NCBI GenBank assembly: GCA_020184695.1
Contig: JAANOX010000159.1
Location: 136,971-200,970 of the forward strand
Length of the DNA: 64,000 bases
Origin: Histomonas meleagridis 2922-C6/04-290x
Taxonomy: Eukaryota; Protista; Parabasalia
Direction of reading: 5' to 3'
A program made the translations under genes and the position numbers. Positions 21,558 through 33,847 of the stretch are shown here, piece by piece. Within the stretch, counting starts at the first letter, position 1. Each line of letters opens with the position of its first letter. Under the pieces are notes generated by a model, which was not told the DNA's origin, searched no databases, and worked only from the letters and a program-made list of their open reading frames with translations.

Positions 21558-21930
21558 CAAGTGAGGTTAGAAACATTCGTTCCACTGAAAAAAATAGCTT
21601 TTTGTGTGAGATAAATCGCCGGGTGATCTGAAATTTGTGTTCAAAACCGTTATTTATAGTTTAAACCGTTTCAACCGGGGCGTCGGGCCAAAAACACCTG
21701 TGATTTGCTGGCGTAAACTTTTTAAAAAGTCGTTTCTTGATCGGAAAAGTGCTAAGTGGTCATCTTCATTTTGAAGGTTTTCATATTTATAAAAAATCGC
21801 TTAAAAATTTGTTTATACTTTAATTCATCATAAAGAAATTAACATGTATTAAATTATTTTTATTTTAAATATAATTTAAAAATTTTTAATTAAATATTTA
21901 CTAAATGATAGAAGATTAAAATCAATGAAT

Positions 21931-23867
21931 TCATTTTTTGTCCGAATGTGTGTGTGCAACTCGTAACGTACTTGCACTGCCTGATTTGTGAGTGGATATT
22001 CGCTTGCTTACTTCTTCAAGAAGTAAGGTAACTATTTCTGTGTTTCCATTATATGATGCATACATAAGAGCTGTTTGAAATAATTTAAATAATTTCCAAA
22101 TATCATTTTGAAATATCAAACTGTTAAAATAAATTCTATCTTTAGCATAAATATCAATTTCTTTTTGTTCAAGAAGTAATTTAACTATTTCTGTTCGACC
22201 ATTTGAAGATGCTAAAATAAGTGCTGTATTAAATAATTTAAATAATTTCCAGATAATATTTCAAAATATTAAATCAAAAAAAGAAATATCAAATAAAACA
22301 AATAAATATTTTTAGCATTAATGTCAATACCTTCTTGTTCTAGAAGTAATTTGACTATTTCTGTGTAATCATTTGAAGATGCTATAATAAGTGCTGTTTC
22401 AAATATTTTAAATAAATTCCATATTTTACTTTGAAATATAAAATTATTAAGAAATACATAATACTAGACAAATAAATATTTTTAGCATTAATATCAATTC
22501 CTTCTTGTTCCAGAAGTAATTTAACTATTTCTGTATAACCATTATAAGATGCACACAGAAGTGCAGTATTAAATAATTTAAACAATTTTCTAATAATATT
22601 GTGAAACATAAAATTAATATTAAAGAAATTTCGAATTAAACAAAAAAATATCTTTAGCATTAATGTCAATTCCTATTTGTTCTAAATTATATTTCACAAG
22701 TTCAATATTTCCTGATCTTGAAGAAAAAACTAAAACATTTTTTGTGATTTGATGTGTTTGGAGATATTTTTTAACAAGATATAAATTACCTGTTCTTGCT
22801 GATTCATTAATAAAACAATCAGAGTTTTTAAGCGATTTTTTCCTTTCCAAAAATGAAAGTATATCATAATTCCCGCTTCTAATACAAGCTCCTATCAAAA
22901 ATTCGTATTCTGAAGGTCCTCCAAAGAATGAAAATGAATCCATAAAACCCAATTTTTTTTTATAAATATAATAAAAGATATCATTTCGGTGAAATTTAAT
23001 TGCTGCTTCATATGCTCCAAAAAAAGTTGAATGATTTTGTTCACATAAATGAATAATTTCTTCATTTCCACCTGCAACTGCATATTTACCTGCATTTCCT
23101 ATTTGCGAGCCATGAAAAAGTAAAAATTTAAAACATTTAACTGATCTAAAAAATGCTGCATAATCAATTAAAGAAGTATCAAAGTGAACAAAATCATATC
23201 TTTCATAAAGGGACGATTTAATAAATTGACTAAATTCAAAACCATTTTGAGATGATATTTCTTGAAGTTTTTCTATTTCATCATTTCGAATTATTTGTGC
23301 AATTTCATTTGGATTACCTTCTTCAATTAGTTTTTTGTGAAGTTCCCAATTGTTTTTTGAAAGTTCTTCATAATTTTCGAAGAAAGTTTGATCATATGTA
23401 TAAATATCGATTATTCTGTTTTCTTTTTCTGTTTTGTAGTGTGCAAAATATTTTGTTGGAATGTTTTTGATTATATTTATACCAATCAATTTTCTTTGAA
23501 TCATTTTTTCAATTAGATAATATCCTTCTTGAATATTAATTTTAGATATATAATCACTAAATACCCTAAGAATATTGTAATTTTCATCCATTTCCCCCAT
23601 ATTTTGAATAGACTGTAAATAACATAAAGAGATATCCGCGTCATTTCTTTGGGCATAAAATGCAGCAAAAACCAAAATGCTTATAGAGAGATTGAATGAA
23701 TAAGGGAAATTTGTATCAATCAAATTCAGTGTTTGTTGAACTGAATTTTCGATATTTCCCTGGTTTAAGTTAAATATAATTTCTTTAAGAGCAAATAATG
23801 GTTTCATAAAAATGTTCTCTTTATCAGAAGATTCTTCTACAATTAAAGGATTTGTGTTATTCATCAA
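21931..23867 (-). CDS. DUF3447-type ankyrin-repeat protein whose last four repeats are separated by non-coding AT-rich spacers
   Basis: ORF 22620-23867 contains LIDYAAFFRSVKCFKFL...AVAGGNEEIIHLCEQ...AIKFHRNDI. Four stop-free ankyrin modules (TALxxASxNGxTEIVKLLLEQEGIDINAK) follow in shifting frames to a stop at 21931. Confidence 0.7.
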
Positions 23868-24150
23868 TGTGCTTCAGTAACTTTTTGTTATGGTTTTGAA
23901 AAGCTTTTCCTGAAGACTTCCTTAAGACGTAGTCAACCAACGATCCTCCTTACATAATTTCTTTTAAATATAAAATTATATGCACAATCAATAATATTGA
24001 TCAAGCTGCCCTAAAAAACCTTCTAACACAATTATAGAGCAAAATATTTATATTTTTAATTTTTAGAATTTAATTGAAAAAGTTATCCTTGTAAAAAAAA
24101 TGAATACTCGGCTTATTAAAAAAGTGCATGAAATTATGAGTGATGAGGTT
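23785..24150. repeat. Source copy of a segment duplicated at 31769-32014
   Basis: 23785-23840 matches 31769-31824 (56 bp) and 23961-24150 matches 31825-32014 (190 bp), compared by eye. Confidence 0.9.
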
Positions 24151-24640
24151 GATAGATTTTTACTCATTTTAAGTTTAGATTAAGTAATTATTTTTGTAGA
24201 ATATCATGATTTAATATTTTGTCCTATTTTGGAAATCTAAATTGAGTAACACTTAATTTCCAATTGTATTTCTGTTTTATTTGATTTTTTCCAAAATATT
24301 TCACTTCTTATCAAACTCAACAATAAATTATTTTCCCCTTCATCAAATTCAAAATTTATTTGTTCAACATCTCGAACCAAATTTTATATTGCACTTTCTT
24401 TGCGAAAAATACCTGCCCTGAGATTGAAAATTTTTCATTATTCCATCCTTTTGAATGGCGTTTTATATGATAAAGAAATTACACAAATTTTTATTCCAAT
24501 CTAATACGGGAATATTTACGTTTGAATCAAGCCGACGTATAAATAATTATTTTCTGAAATTGGTCAATAGTGGTTTTCCTTAGAACCAAACGAGAAATAA
24601 TGAAAATGAAGAAGAAAAGAAAATAAAATTAATAAATTCA

Positions 24641-26172
24641 ATGGGTTCAAAATGTATCCAATATAATAACTTTCATGTCTTTTTGTTTGTCGAAAATGAA
24701 GGAATTAATATTTATGATATTCAATTAGTGGAAGATGTTTTCACAAGTGGTAACTTATTCATTGTTAGATATCTTTATGAAGGAAAATTATTACCAAATA
24801 ATGCAATAGCTTATTCTGTTTCTTTGAATAATAATGAATTTGTGAAATATGTTTTATCTAAGAAAGATATTAATTTTAATATTTATGATATTCGTTTTTG
24901 CTTTTTTAATGTTTGTTAAGAATATTTAGTAGATTTTCTTGTGCTTTTATAAAACACCTTTATATTGTGCTTGTGATTTAAATTACTTTGAAATTGTTAA
25001 ATTACTTCTTAAACAAAAAGGAATTGATATTAATTTACAAAATAATATTTGTTTTAATGATTTGGAATTTTTAAATAATTTTTGGTGATTATTTAAATTA
25101 TTTGATACAAGCATCCAAAAAAGGTTATATAGAAATCGTTAAATTATTTCTTTAACATAAAGGAATTAATATTTTCCAAAAAAATGCTAAAGGAAAATCT
25201 GCATTCACATGTGCATTTAATAATAATCAGATTGAAATGGTTAAATTACTTCTTACATGTAAAAATATTGATATAAATATTGAAAATGTTTTATGTTTTT
25301 ATTTACTCTTTGTTATATAAATTCGGTATTTTATCGCAAATTTATGTGCAGCTAAAAATGATTTATTTGGTTTCGATTTAAAATATCTTCAAGTAAGTTC
25401 ATTGAATAATTATCAAATGACATCGATGTTAAACAAAAATATAAATTATTTTGCGAATTTAGAGTTTATTTTATTTATTAAATATCGAAATAGCGAATTT
25501 TGAAGAAGTTAAATAGAATCAATTTGAAATCTTTATGTTAATTCTTGATAAGAAAGAAGTTGATATTAATGTAAATTCTGTTCATTTATTATTATTAATA
25601 TAAAATATTTTCATATCAAAATAATATTTGGAATTATTTTTATATATTTTTCACACCATTAATGGCTCCTTGTTCAGAAGGAAGAAGAGATATTATAGTT
25701 AAACTTTTACTTGAACATGAAGGAATTGATGTTAATCTTCGTGCTATTTATTATATTTATTATATGTTTATTAATAAAAAATGGAAATTATATATAAAAT
25801 TTGGAAATTAATCAATTGTTTTGCTACTTCTATATTAACATGTTTTAATGATCATTTGGAAACTGTTAAATTATTACTCGAACATAAAGAAATCGATATA
25901 AATCAAAAAAAAAAAAATAATTATTATAATTTTTCGAAATTACTATAAAAAATTTATTAAATTTGTTTATGAATTCTTTAATGGGGGCATCACAAAATGG
26001 TTGTCTTGAAATCGTAGAATTACTTCTTCAACAAAAAGACACAAAAATAAATGAAGTAAATCTTTATGGTAAATCAGCAATTATGCTCGCAAACTCAAAT
26101 CAAAAAAATTTAAAAATATTGTGGAGTTACTTAAGAAGCAAAAAGATATTATATACAACGAAAAACTTTTAG
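24641..26172 (+). pseudogene. Decayed ankyrin-repeat gene with the same spacer architecture
   Basis: Fragments KTPLYCACDLNYFEIVKLLLKQKGIDIN, KSAFTCAFNNNQIEMVKLLL, TPLMA...VKLLLEHEGIDVN and GASQNGCLEIVELLLQQ; in-frame TAA at 25153-25155. Confidence 0.7.
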
Positions 26173-26409
26173 CCACAGAAACAAGGCCATTACCTCCAGG
26201 GTTTGGTACAATGAACCCTAAAATGAAAATTCCCCAACCAAATCCATCAAATTTTTTGGAACAGGTGAGTTTGTTTGGTAACTTGTAAATAAATAAAATT
26301 TACAAAAATGAACAATTACTATAATGATTTTTTTTTTTTGATATTAGAGCTCAATATGTTATGACATTGGAATCATATAATGGTAATTTAGATGTTATTA
26401 AGGAACAAT

Positions 26410-26964
26410 TCTTGATCAATCTCTTCCACCATCACAATAGAATACATTTACGTGGTCGAATTCATTTTCACAGTCGAATATATTTTTACAATCAAATACA
26501 TTTGCTGAGTATAATACATTTACGAAATCTAATTCATTTTCTCAATCAAACTCATTCACATCATAATTTCAATTTGGTGCTTCACTCAGTTTTTCATATA
26601 TTCTCACTATACATTCATCCAACATGAGTTCATTTACACAAATTTTTCACTCACAGTATTTATCAAATTCAACAGTGATATTTTATCAGTATTCGGTCAA
26701 TAGCATAACAACAATCATTAGCTTTTAAGGCTATTGCACAATTGTATTTCCATCTTTGTTTCTCTAAGCGATTTACCTGTTTTGGATAGAGGAGTGCTAA
26801 TTGGTATACAATGTGGATCAATAGCTATAGTTCTGATTATTGGAGTTATAATTTGGTTGTTCAGAATAGGTAAAAAAGATAATACATACACTGGAATGAA
26901 CGAAAGACTTAGTGACTCATTTGGCTCCGATATACATAAGCAATACGAACAACATGAAATTTAA
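26410..26964 (+). pseudogene. C-terminal remnant of a surface protein (S/T-rich stalk plus TM)
   Basis: NTFTWSNSFSQSN...TFTKSNSFSQSNSF repeats with stops, then TM GVLIGIQCGSIAIVLIIGVIIWLF. Confidence 0.55.
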
Positions 26965-27233
26965 AAAACTGTAGGAGAAATGGCAAAGGAAGATGATGAT
27001 CAATGGATGTAAAATAAATATTATTTAATAAAGTACAATTTGTTTTTATTCGTATCTTTGATATTTTAATACAATTTATAAATTAATTTATCAGGAAAAA
27101 ATATTCCCCAATATTGAGTCTCGAACCAAATGACATCGCTAAGCTATAAATTTCATTCACACAAATGACTGAAGAGAATTATTACTATAATAAAAGAACC
27201 TAGACGAAAGAAAACAGCCGAGAAAAAACAAAC

Positions 27234-28644
27234 GTGCACAAGCCTTCACTTCGGCTTGCATTTTCCAAAGAATTACAACTATATGCATATGCCAATAACA
27301 CATTTGCAAATGGGAAAGGTGGCGCTTATCTCAATTGGGAAGATAATGAAAAAGATGTTTATAAAATATTTTTGAAAATGAAAGACTATCAGTTGGATCC
27401 ACTCAGTTCGCGCAAGAATGGGACAGCCATAGTTTTAAATATTTATCCATCAGAAAATAAACTTGGCGGGAATGCGCATTTAGATGAAGCAGTTAAAATT
27501 GATAATGTTACAATGAAATTTATTAAAGATCAAACGGAATTCAAATATCCAAAATCAGCTTCTTTAAAAGTATGGATGGAAGGTAGGTTCGTTGAATCAA
27601 TTAACTACTCAGACCCCACGGGTATTGATCCCGAGCCTAAAGAGCTAATTATTAATGTAACATTAAACTCAGTTGATGAATTTGAAACGTAAGAATAAAA
27701 TTTTATTTATCAATTTGATGTTGTTGTATTTGGATTTTGGGATTATAGGAGTTTTTTCTATATCAACAGAAAAATCAAAAGGCATTGTAGAAAAATATAC
27801 AAAAATAGATATGGCTTTAATGCTTCCTATGGGAATCAAATATTATAAATATAAAATTAACGAAAATTCTAAATGTAATCTAGAAACTTTTGTAAACATA
27901 GCATATAATGATACTATTAAATTTACTACAGAAGATATTGTTTATCATCGATATATTCATGTTGCTCCAGTTGACAAAGCAGATAACATAGGGAAAATAT
28001 TTAGTGTACGACTTAATTTCTCTACGAATACATTTTTACAATCGAATACATTTACCAATTCTTTTCCATTTGGTTTAATATTAACAATTCATTTATTTTT
28101 TATGGCTCATATTCAATTACAGAAACAATCATACAGAAAACATTTTATTTAAGTACTTTTTCATTTTATATGATTGATTCAAAGGCAACTTATATTTATA
28201 CCAACATTATTTATTATAATCATACGGTTATATACAATTCAACAATTTATAATTTTTATTCAAATTTCTTTACATTAATTAATTAATCCATTAAAAAAAC
28301 AAAATAACGAAAATAAGTATACAAATATGATAATTGTTATCGTAGTTTGTGTAATTATACCAAACCATAATTTTTATACCAAACCATAATTTTGATAGTA
28401 TTTTAATTTTGATAGTAATTGTCATTATTATTATTATTTATCTAATTCGCCGCAATAAAAATAATAAAATGATTAGTTCAGGAGATGAATGTGATACGAA
28501 AACAAAGAGTCAAAACAATATGAAATAGGAAATTCAATAAATAATTTTGAGTCTGTGCTTAGTACAAACTATGTCGAATATGATCCATTTTCAAAGGATT
28601 TTAAAGAAGATGTTCGGACAAGAAATGTTTTGATACAATTTTGA
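27234..28644 (+). pseudogene. Fragmented surface-protein gene (unknown ectodomain, S/T stalk, TM, DPF tail)
   Basis: ORFs 27234-27692 and 27673-28152, QSNTFTNSF stalk, hydrophobic VIVIIIII stretch, tail EYDPFSKDFKED at 28576-28611. Confidence 0.55.
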
Positions 28645-29543
28645 CATTTACACACAAAAGTTGAGTGACTATTCAATTAAAACTTTCTTTTCATAAAAAG
28701 TTGGTTGTTTTTTGTCGTTTTCCCTTAAATCCGATTCAAATGTCAAGTCCTCACTTGTGAGCAAGTAAATGATATATTTTCATGTCACCTAATGCTTCAT
28801 GTGAGTACCTTGGCATCCAAAATAATTTCGATTAAAACTCACATGTCACATCGAAAAACAGTTGTTACACACATTTATAATGAAAAATTAGAGGTTTTTC
28901 GTTACAACCAAACCAGATTTATATTGGAAACGCATATACCAAATCGATGAAATATAATGGATATCCTCAATTAATGATAACATTAATCCACATTAACGCT
29001 ATCATCCTCCTCATAAATTTCAACAAACATGTTTTAATTTCAGATAAATATTATTTCTATTCTCTCACTGAAAATAAAACAATGAACAAGCATGCGCATA
29101 ACAAAAGCATTAATTACATGCCAAGTAACAATAGAGAACACATAATAAGTATATATTCACAAAAAAATCAAATAGCAAACAACACGAATCATTATTTACT
29201 GCAATTCGTTACACTCAACAATTCTCTGAATAACAATAGGATAGGTTCTAAGCATTTCGTTTCTTCAAATTTAATAATTTCGTATTTTTATTCCAAAGTA
29301 ACTTCAATCTTTCATGTCCTGCATAATATTTATCATTTTAGTGAAAGTTTTCAATGTAATTTATCAAAGAATTGCAGCAATAATATTCTAAAAAATCTAC
29401 CAAATATATTTAATGCATTAATTACTTCTATATATTCAAATATAACTTTGTTCGTATTTATATTTTTTGTTTTTACTTTCTTATCCAAAATTTATTTAAA
29501 TCAGAAAAGCATTCATCAAAAAAACGAAGTTATTCCTATTTTA

Positions 29544-31097
29544 ATGATTATATTTTTTGTTAATACAAAGCAATCATATGATGAAGAGACAAAAACACTC
29601 ACAATATCTGATTTCATTGATTATTCAAAAGATTATATGAATGTTACTGAGCACGTTATAATTATTAATGTTGGCGAGCTTGAAAGTAATGCATTCAGAG
29701 AATGGCCTTTATTAACAACAGTAATAATTGGAGAAACAGTTGGAAATATTGGTAGTAGAGCATTTGCATCATGTAAACAATTAAAATATGTCCAATTTCC
29801 AGATAAGTTAAAGAGTGGAATTGGAGGTGGTGCATTTGCAGAATGTATTTCATTAAATAATATTACAATTCGATGTAATACCATTAGTGATAATGCATTT
29901 TATAAATGTACAGGACTTGAAACGATAACATTATATGAAGGCGTCCGAAGTATTGGGTCAGATGCATTCAGAGGATGTACAAACCTTGTGAATATTTATA
30001 TACCAAGTTCTGTTACTTCAATTGGGAATGCATTTTTAGAATGTACAAATCTTCAATTTATTAATGTCTCAGAAGAAAATATTGGATATTCGAATTATGA
30101 AAATGATGGTGTTTTATATAATAAAGAAATTACATATATTATTAGTTATCCGAATATGAAAAGTAAAACATTTACAATTCCTAATTCAGTCATTTCTATT
30201 ATGAATTATTCTTTTGCAAGTTGTAATAATTTAGAAAGAATTTTTATTGATGAAAATGTTCAATATATTAATTCATGTGCATTTACTAATTGAACATCAC
30301 TTCAATGTATTTATTTTAATGGAGAAACTTCACCAGAAATACAAAATGATGCATTTGTTAATATAAATGCGACAAGAGTTATGACAACAGAAACATATCA
30401 AAATGAAACATTTGGAAATATGAATATTACTAAGGGAACAACACTTGACGAATGTCTCCCGCCAACACGCACATTCACATTGACACAAAGTGATACATTC
30501 ACTAACTCATATACATTTACTAACATAAATACATTTACGAAATCAAAAAATAATTTTGATTCAAATACTTATGTTAATACATTTTCGATGAATTTTACAT
30601 TCGTTAATACTATTACTTTAACTTATTCTTTATCGTTTATAAAAACTTTATCGATTTATTATTATACGTACTTAAAATCTTATTCAGTTACTTTCATTGA
30701 ATCTGAAACTAAATATATTTATAGCGATTTCATATATTATAATTATACAATTATATATTATCTAGAATATTTTACTTATTATTCGAATTTCTTTTATATT
30801 TCTTATATCGAAGATGTAATAATAAACAATAATGATAATAATACATTAATTATCATTATAATTGTTGTTGTAATTGTAATAATTATTGTATTTGTAATGA
30901 TAATAATAATATTTATGATTAAATATCAAAATAAGAAGCGAAAGCAAAATGAAGAAGAAATGAATGTTTCAGATGAAAATAATAATAAAATTAATGAAAT
31001 AGATAATACATTTTCAGTTGGGATTAATAATTCAAATATTGAAGAAGATCCATTTGCAGACGATTTCAAAGAAGAAAAATTTATTAGTCAAATATAA
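29544..31097 (+). pseudogene. BspA-like surface protein with one in-frame TGA (30291-30293)
   Basis: MIIFFVNTKQSY start, TpLRR repeats, CAFTN*TSLQCIYF continuing in frame into 30381-31097 (stalk, TM, DPFADDFKEE tail). Confidence 0.75.
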
Positions 31098-31768
31098 ATA
31101 AACATATTTTAGGTACATAATATTTTAATTTGTTTATTAATTTAATAAATACGAACATTTTTGTTATTTATTACAAATTTTATGTTTCTTCTATTATATG
31201 ATTATTATAGTAAATCCAATTTATCCAAATCATAAACACTAAAAGTAAATGATAAATTATATTAAAGAAAAAATTGGAAATTTAGAAATATTATGGTAAA
31301 AATGCATTATTTTTTCAAAAATCAAAACAAAGATATTTCAATTTCAAATAAGTGATCGTCTTGAGTAGTTCTGCTTTTATCTGTGATAAATTAAGTTTGA
31401 ACAAAAAGTAAATTATTATGAAAATAACAAATATATTGTTAATTCATCGTAAAATTAACGCATTTTTAACATATTTATGAAGTTTAAAATCATTATGTAA
31501 AAGTTTATCATAATTTTCTTGTTGTTTTCCTAAAATGGTGAGCGTTCATCAATCAAACAATGTTTAAAATAAAAAGTTTTTTTTAGTATAGACCATTGTC
31601 AGCTGGATGTATGAAAGCTTACAATTTTACTTGAAAAATGAAAGAAAAAAGTTGTATGCATCCACCGCCACTTCATAGGACTTTTAGATACGATTTAAAA
31701 TAAAGCGTGATTTCGAAATTTCCATTTTGATCTTTATATTCTTTTTCTCAATTTGAAAACAGGTTTCC

Positions 31769-32014
31769 TTAAGAGCAAATAATGGTTTCATAAAAATGTT
31801 CTCTTTATCAGAAGATTCTTCTACCTTTTAAATATAAAATTATATGCACAATCAATAATATTGATCAAGCTGCCCTAAAAAACCTTCTAACACAATTATA
31901 GAGCAAAATATTTATATTTTTAATTTTTAGAATTTAATTGAAAAAGTTATCCTTGTAAAAAAAATGAATACTCGGCTTATTAAAAAAGTGCATGAAATTA
32001 TGAGTGATGAGGTT
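31769..32014. repeat. Duplicated 5' end/upstream region of the DUF3447-ankyrin gene with a 120 bp internal deletion
   Basis: Direct sequence match to 23785-23840 plus 23961-24150. Confidence 0.9.
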
Positions 32015-32112
32015 TGTAGATTTTTTTTTTAATTTCATTTTTGTTGTCCCATAATGAGAAAACACAAAATATTTCATTATATTAAAAAGTTAATTTATTA
32101 ATATTATACGTT

Positions 32113-33688
32113 TTATATTTTATTAAATTTTCTCTTTATTGCTTCCATTATTTTTATGTAAAATGGAAATATTAAACCTAATACAAGGGATCCCAATGTT
32201 ACCAACGTCTGCATTCCAAACAAAATGAACACAGCCACGATATGACTCGAAGTGAATTTTGCGATTTTCTGGTCAATTCGACTTGTGTATTTGACTGCAT
32301 CTCTGTATGGATTAAACCATTTTTCCTTAAAGCAATCGATTGTACCATTAATATCTTTCACGACAATTGCATCGAAATCATTTTCTTCGATAATTTCTTC
32401 AATTTGTTGACAAAAACGTACAATTGTTTTAACGAAATTTTGTATTTCATTTAATTCATTTCCAATTTTTATATATTCTTCATAACTATCAATAAGTCTT
32501 TCGATGTCATCAATGTTTGGATTAATGTTTTGTGTCTCGAAAAACGAATAAACATTTTCATAATCAAATGGTCGAACATTCATAAGTTGTAACATTTTCC
32601 CGTTTGCAATGTTTTGGAATGGTTTTTGCGCATTATGGAATTCATGTGTCTTAAGTTTATATTCTTTTTGTAATTGTTTCATGTGTTGTTGAATGTTATC
32701 ATTTAATGATCCCCAATTTGATATTTTATGTTCTTTTACATATTGTTGAATATGTTTTTGAAGTTTTTGATGAAGTTTTGTTATTGTTGAACTCGAAATG
32801 GAAAATATCGTTTGTTCTTCATTACATGTGTTAGGAATAATTCGGACGCCATATTTAACAATTGTTATGTTCGAATATTGTCCTATTCCATCATTAGCTT
32901 GTTTCATATATTTATATATTATTTCTTTATGTTCATTAATGTCTTCAATGTTAATTTCGTTATGATATGTTATCGAATTACATTGTTCAATAAATGATTT
33001 GTAATATTCTTTAGTGTAATTAAAGATATAATATGAAGAAAAATGTTTGTTAGAATGTATAAGTTTAAGATCAATTTTATTAAATAAATTTGTCGAAAGT
33101 GGATATGATTTAGGAATATATTCTTCGACATCATCAATATGAATATATTTGTCATTAGGTTGAGTGAAATATATTATTAAAAACCCATTTCGATGAATGA
33201 TTTTGTGCACTTTTTTGGAGATAACAAAAAATTCTCTGAGTTTTTGATAGCCTTCTTTACTTTTAGCAAGTGTTTCATTCTCACTTTGAAGCTTATCAAA
33301 GATACTTGGCTCTTTAAATAAATAAGAAAATTCTGCTATATTATCTGGATTATCAAATTCTGACGAAATGAAATTGTTATATATTGACTTTGCAATTGAA
33401 TAATCTGTGCAAAGTTTGTATTGGACAAGTGATTGAGTTAATATATTTTCTGTTTGCTCAACAAATTTATTTCCATCATCAGGTTCAAAAATAGCTTTAA
33501 ATCTGTTTTTTTGTTATATTTAATAAATAAACTGGAATGGCTGGTAATCCAATATTATATTGTTTGTAAAATTCAATAGGAACTTTTTTATCTAATAAAA
33601 GTTTAGAATTAATAATTCCATCATTAGAAATAATAGAAAGATTATCATTGGATATAACAGTTATTTCGAGTAAAGATAGAAGAAACAT
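32113..33688 (-). CDS. Hypothetical signal-peptide plus C-terminal TM protein, split by one extra base in a homopolymer
   Basis: ORF 33497-33688 (MFLLSLLEI...) joins in frame to RFKAIFEPDDG...KKVHKII of ORF 32113-33210 if one base is removed from the 7-base run at 33506-33512. Confidence 0.65.
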
Positions 33689-33847
33689 TGTTCTTTTCTC
33701 CTTCTTGAGGTCGAATTACGCGAAAATTTTGGTGCATTGAATTTTGTGCGAAAACCGTTTTAAGCATCGGCACAAATTAAAAACCTCCGAATTACATTGA
33801 AAAGTGATTTATAAAAAAGTGTCTTCTTAAAAAACATTTATTACAAA

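Noticed and set aside
21931-26172. Canonical GT-AG or U12 AT-AC introns as the explanation for the ankyrin spacers
   Set aside because: No GT...AG, ACTAAC branch or ATATCCTT signals at the boundaries, and an AT...AC cut would put the next module out of frame.
27100-27145. B-box-like GGTTCGAGAC on the minus strand (tRNA or SINE relic)
   Set aside because: No A-box or cloverleaf stems could be formed.
28947-29543. N-terminal 199 codons of the ORF-track call 28947-30293
   Set aside because: Low-complexity AT-rich translation; the BspA-like N-terminus starts at ATG 29544, matching the paralogue at 56656-56740.
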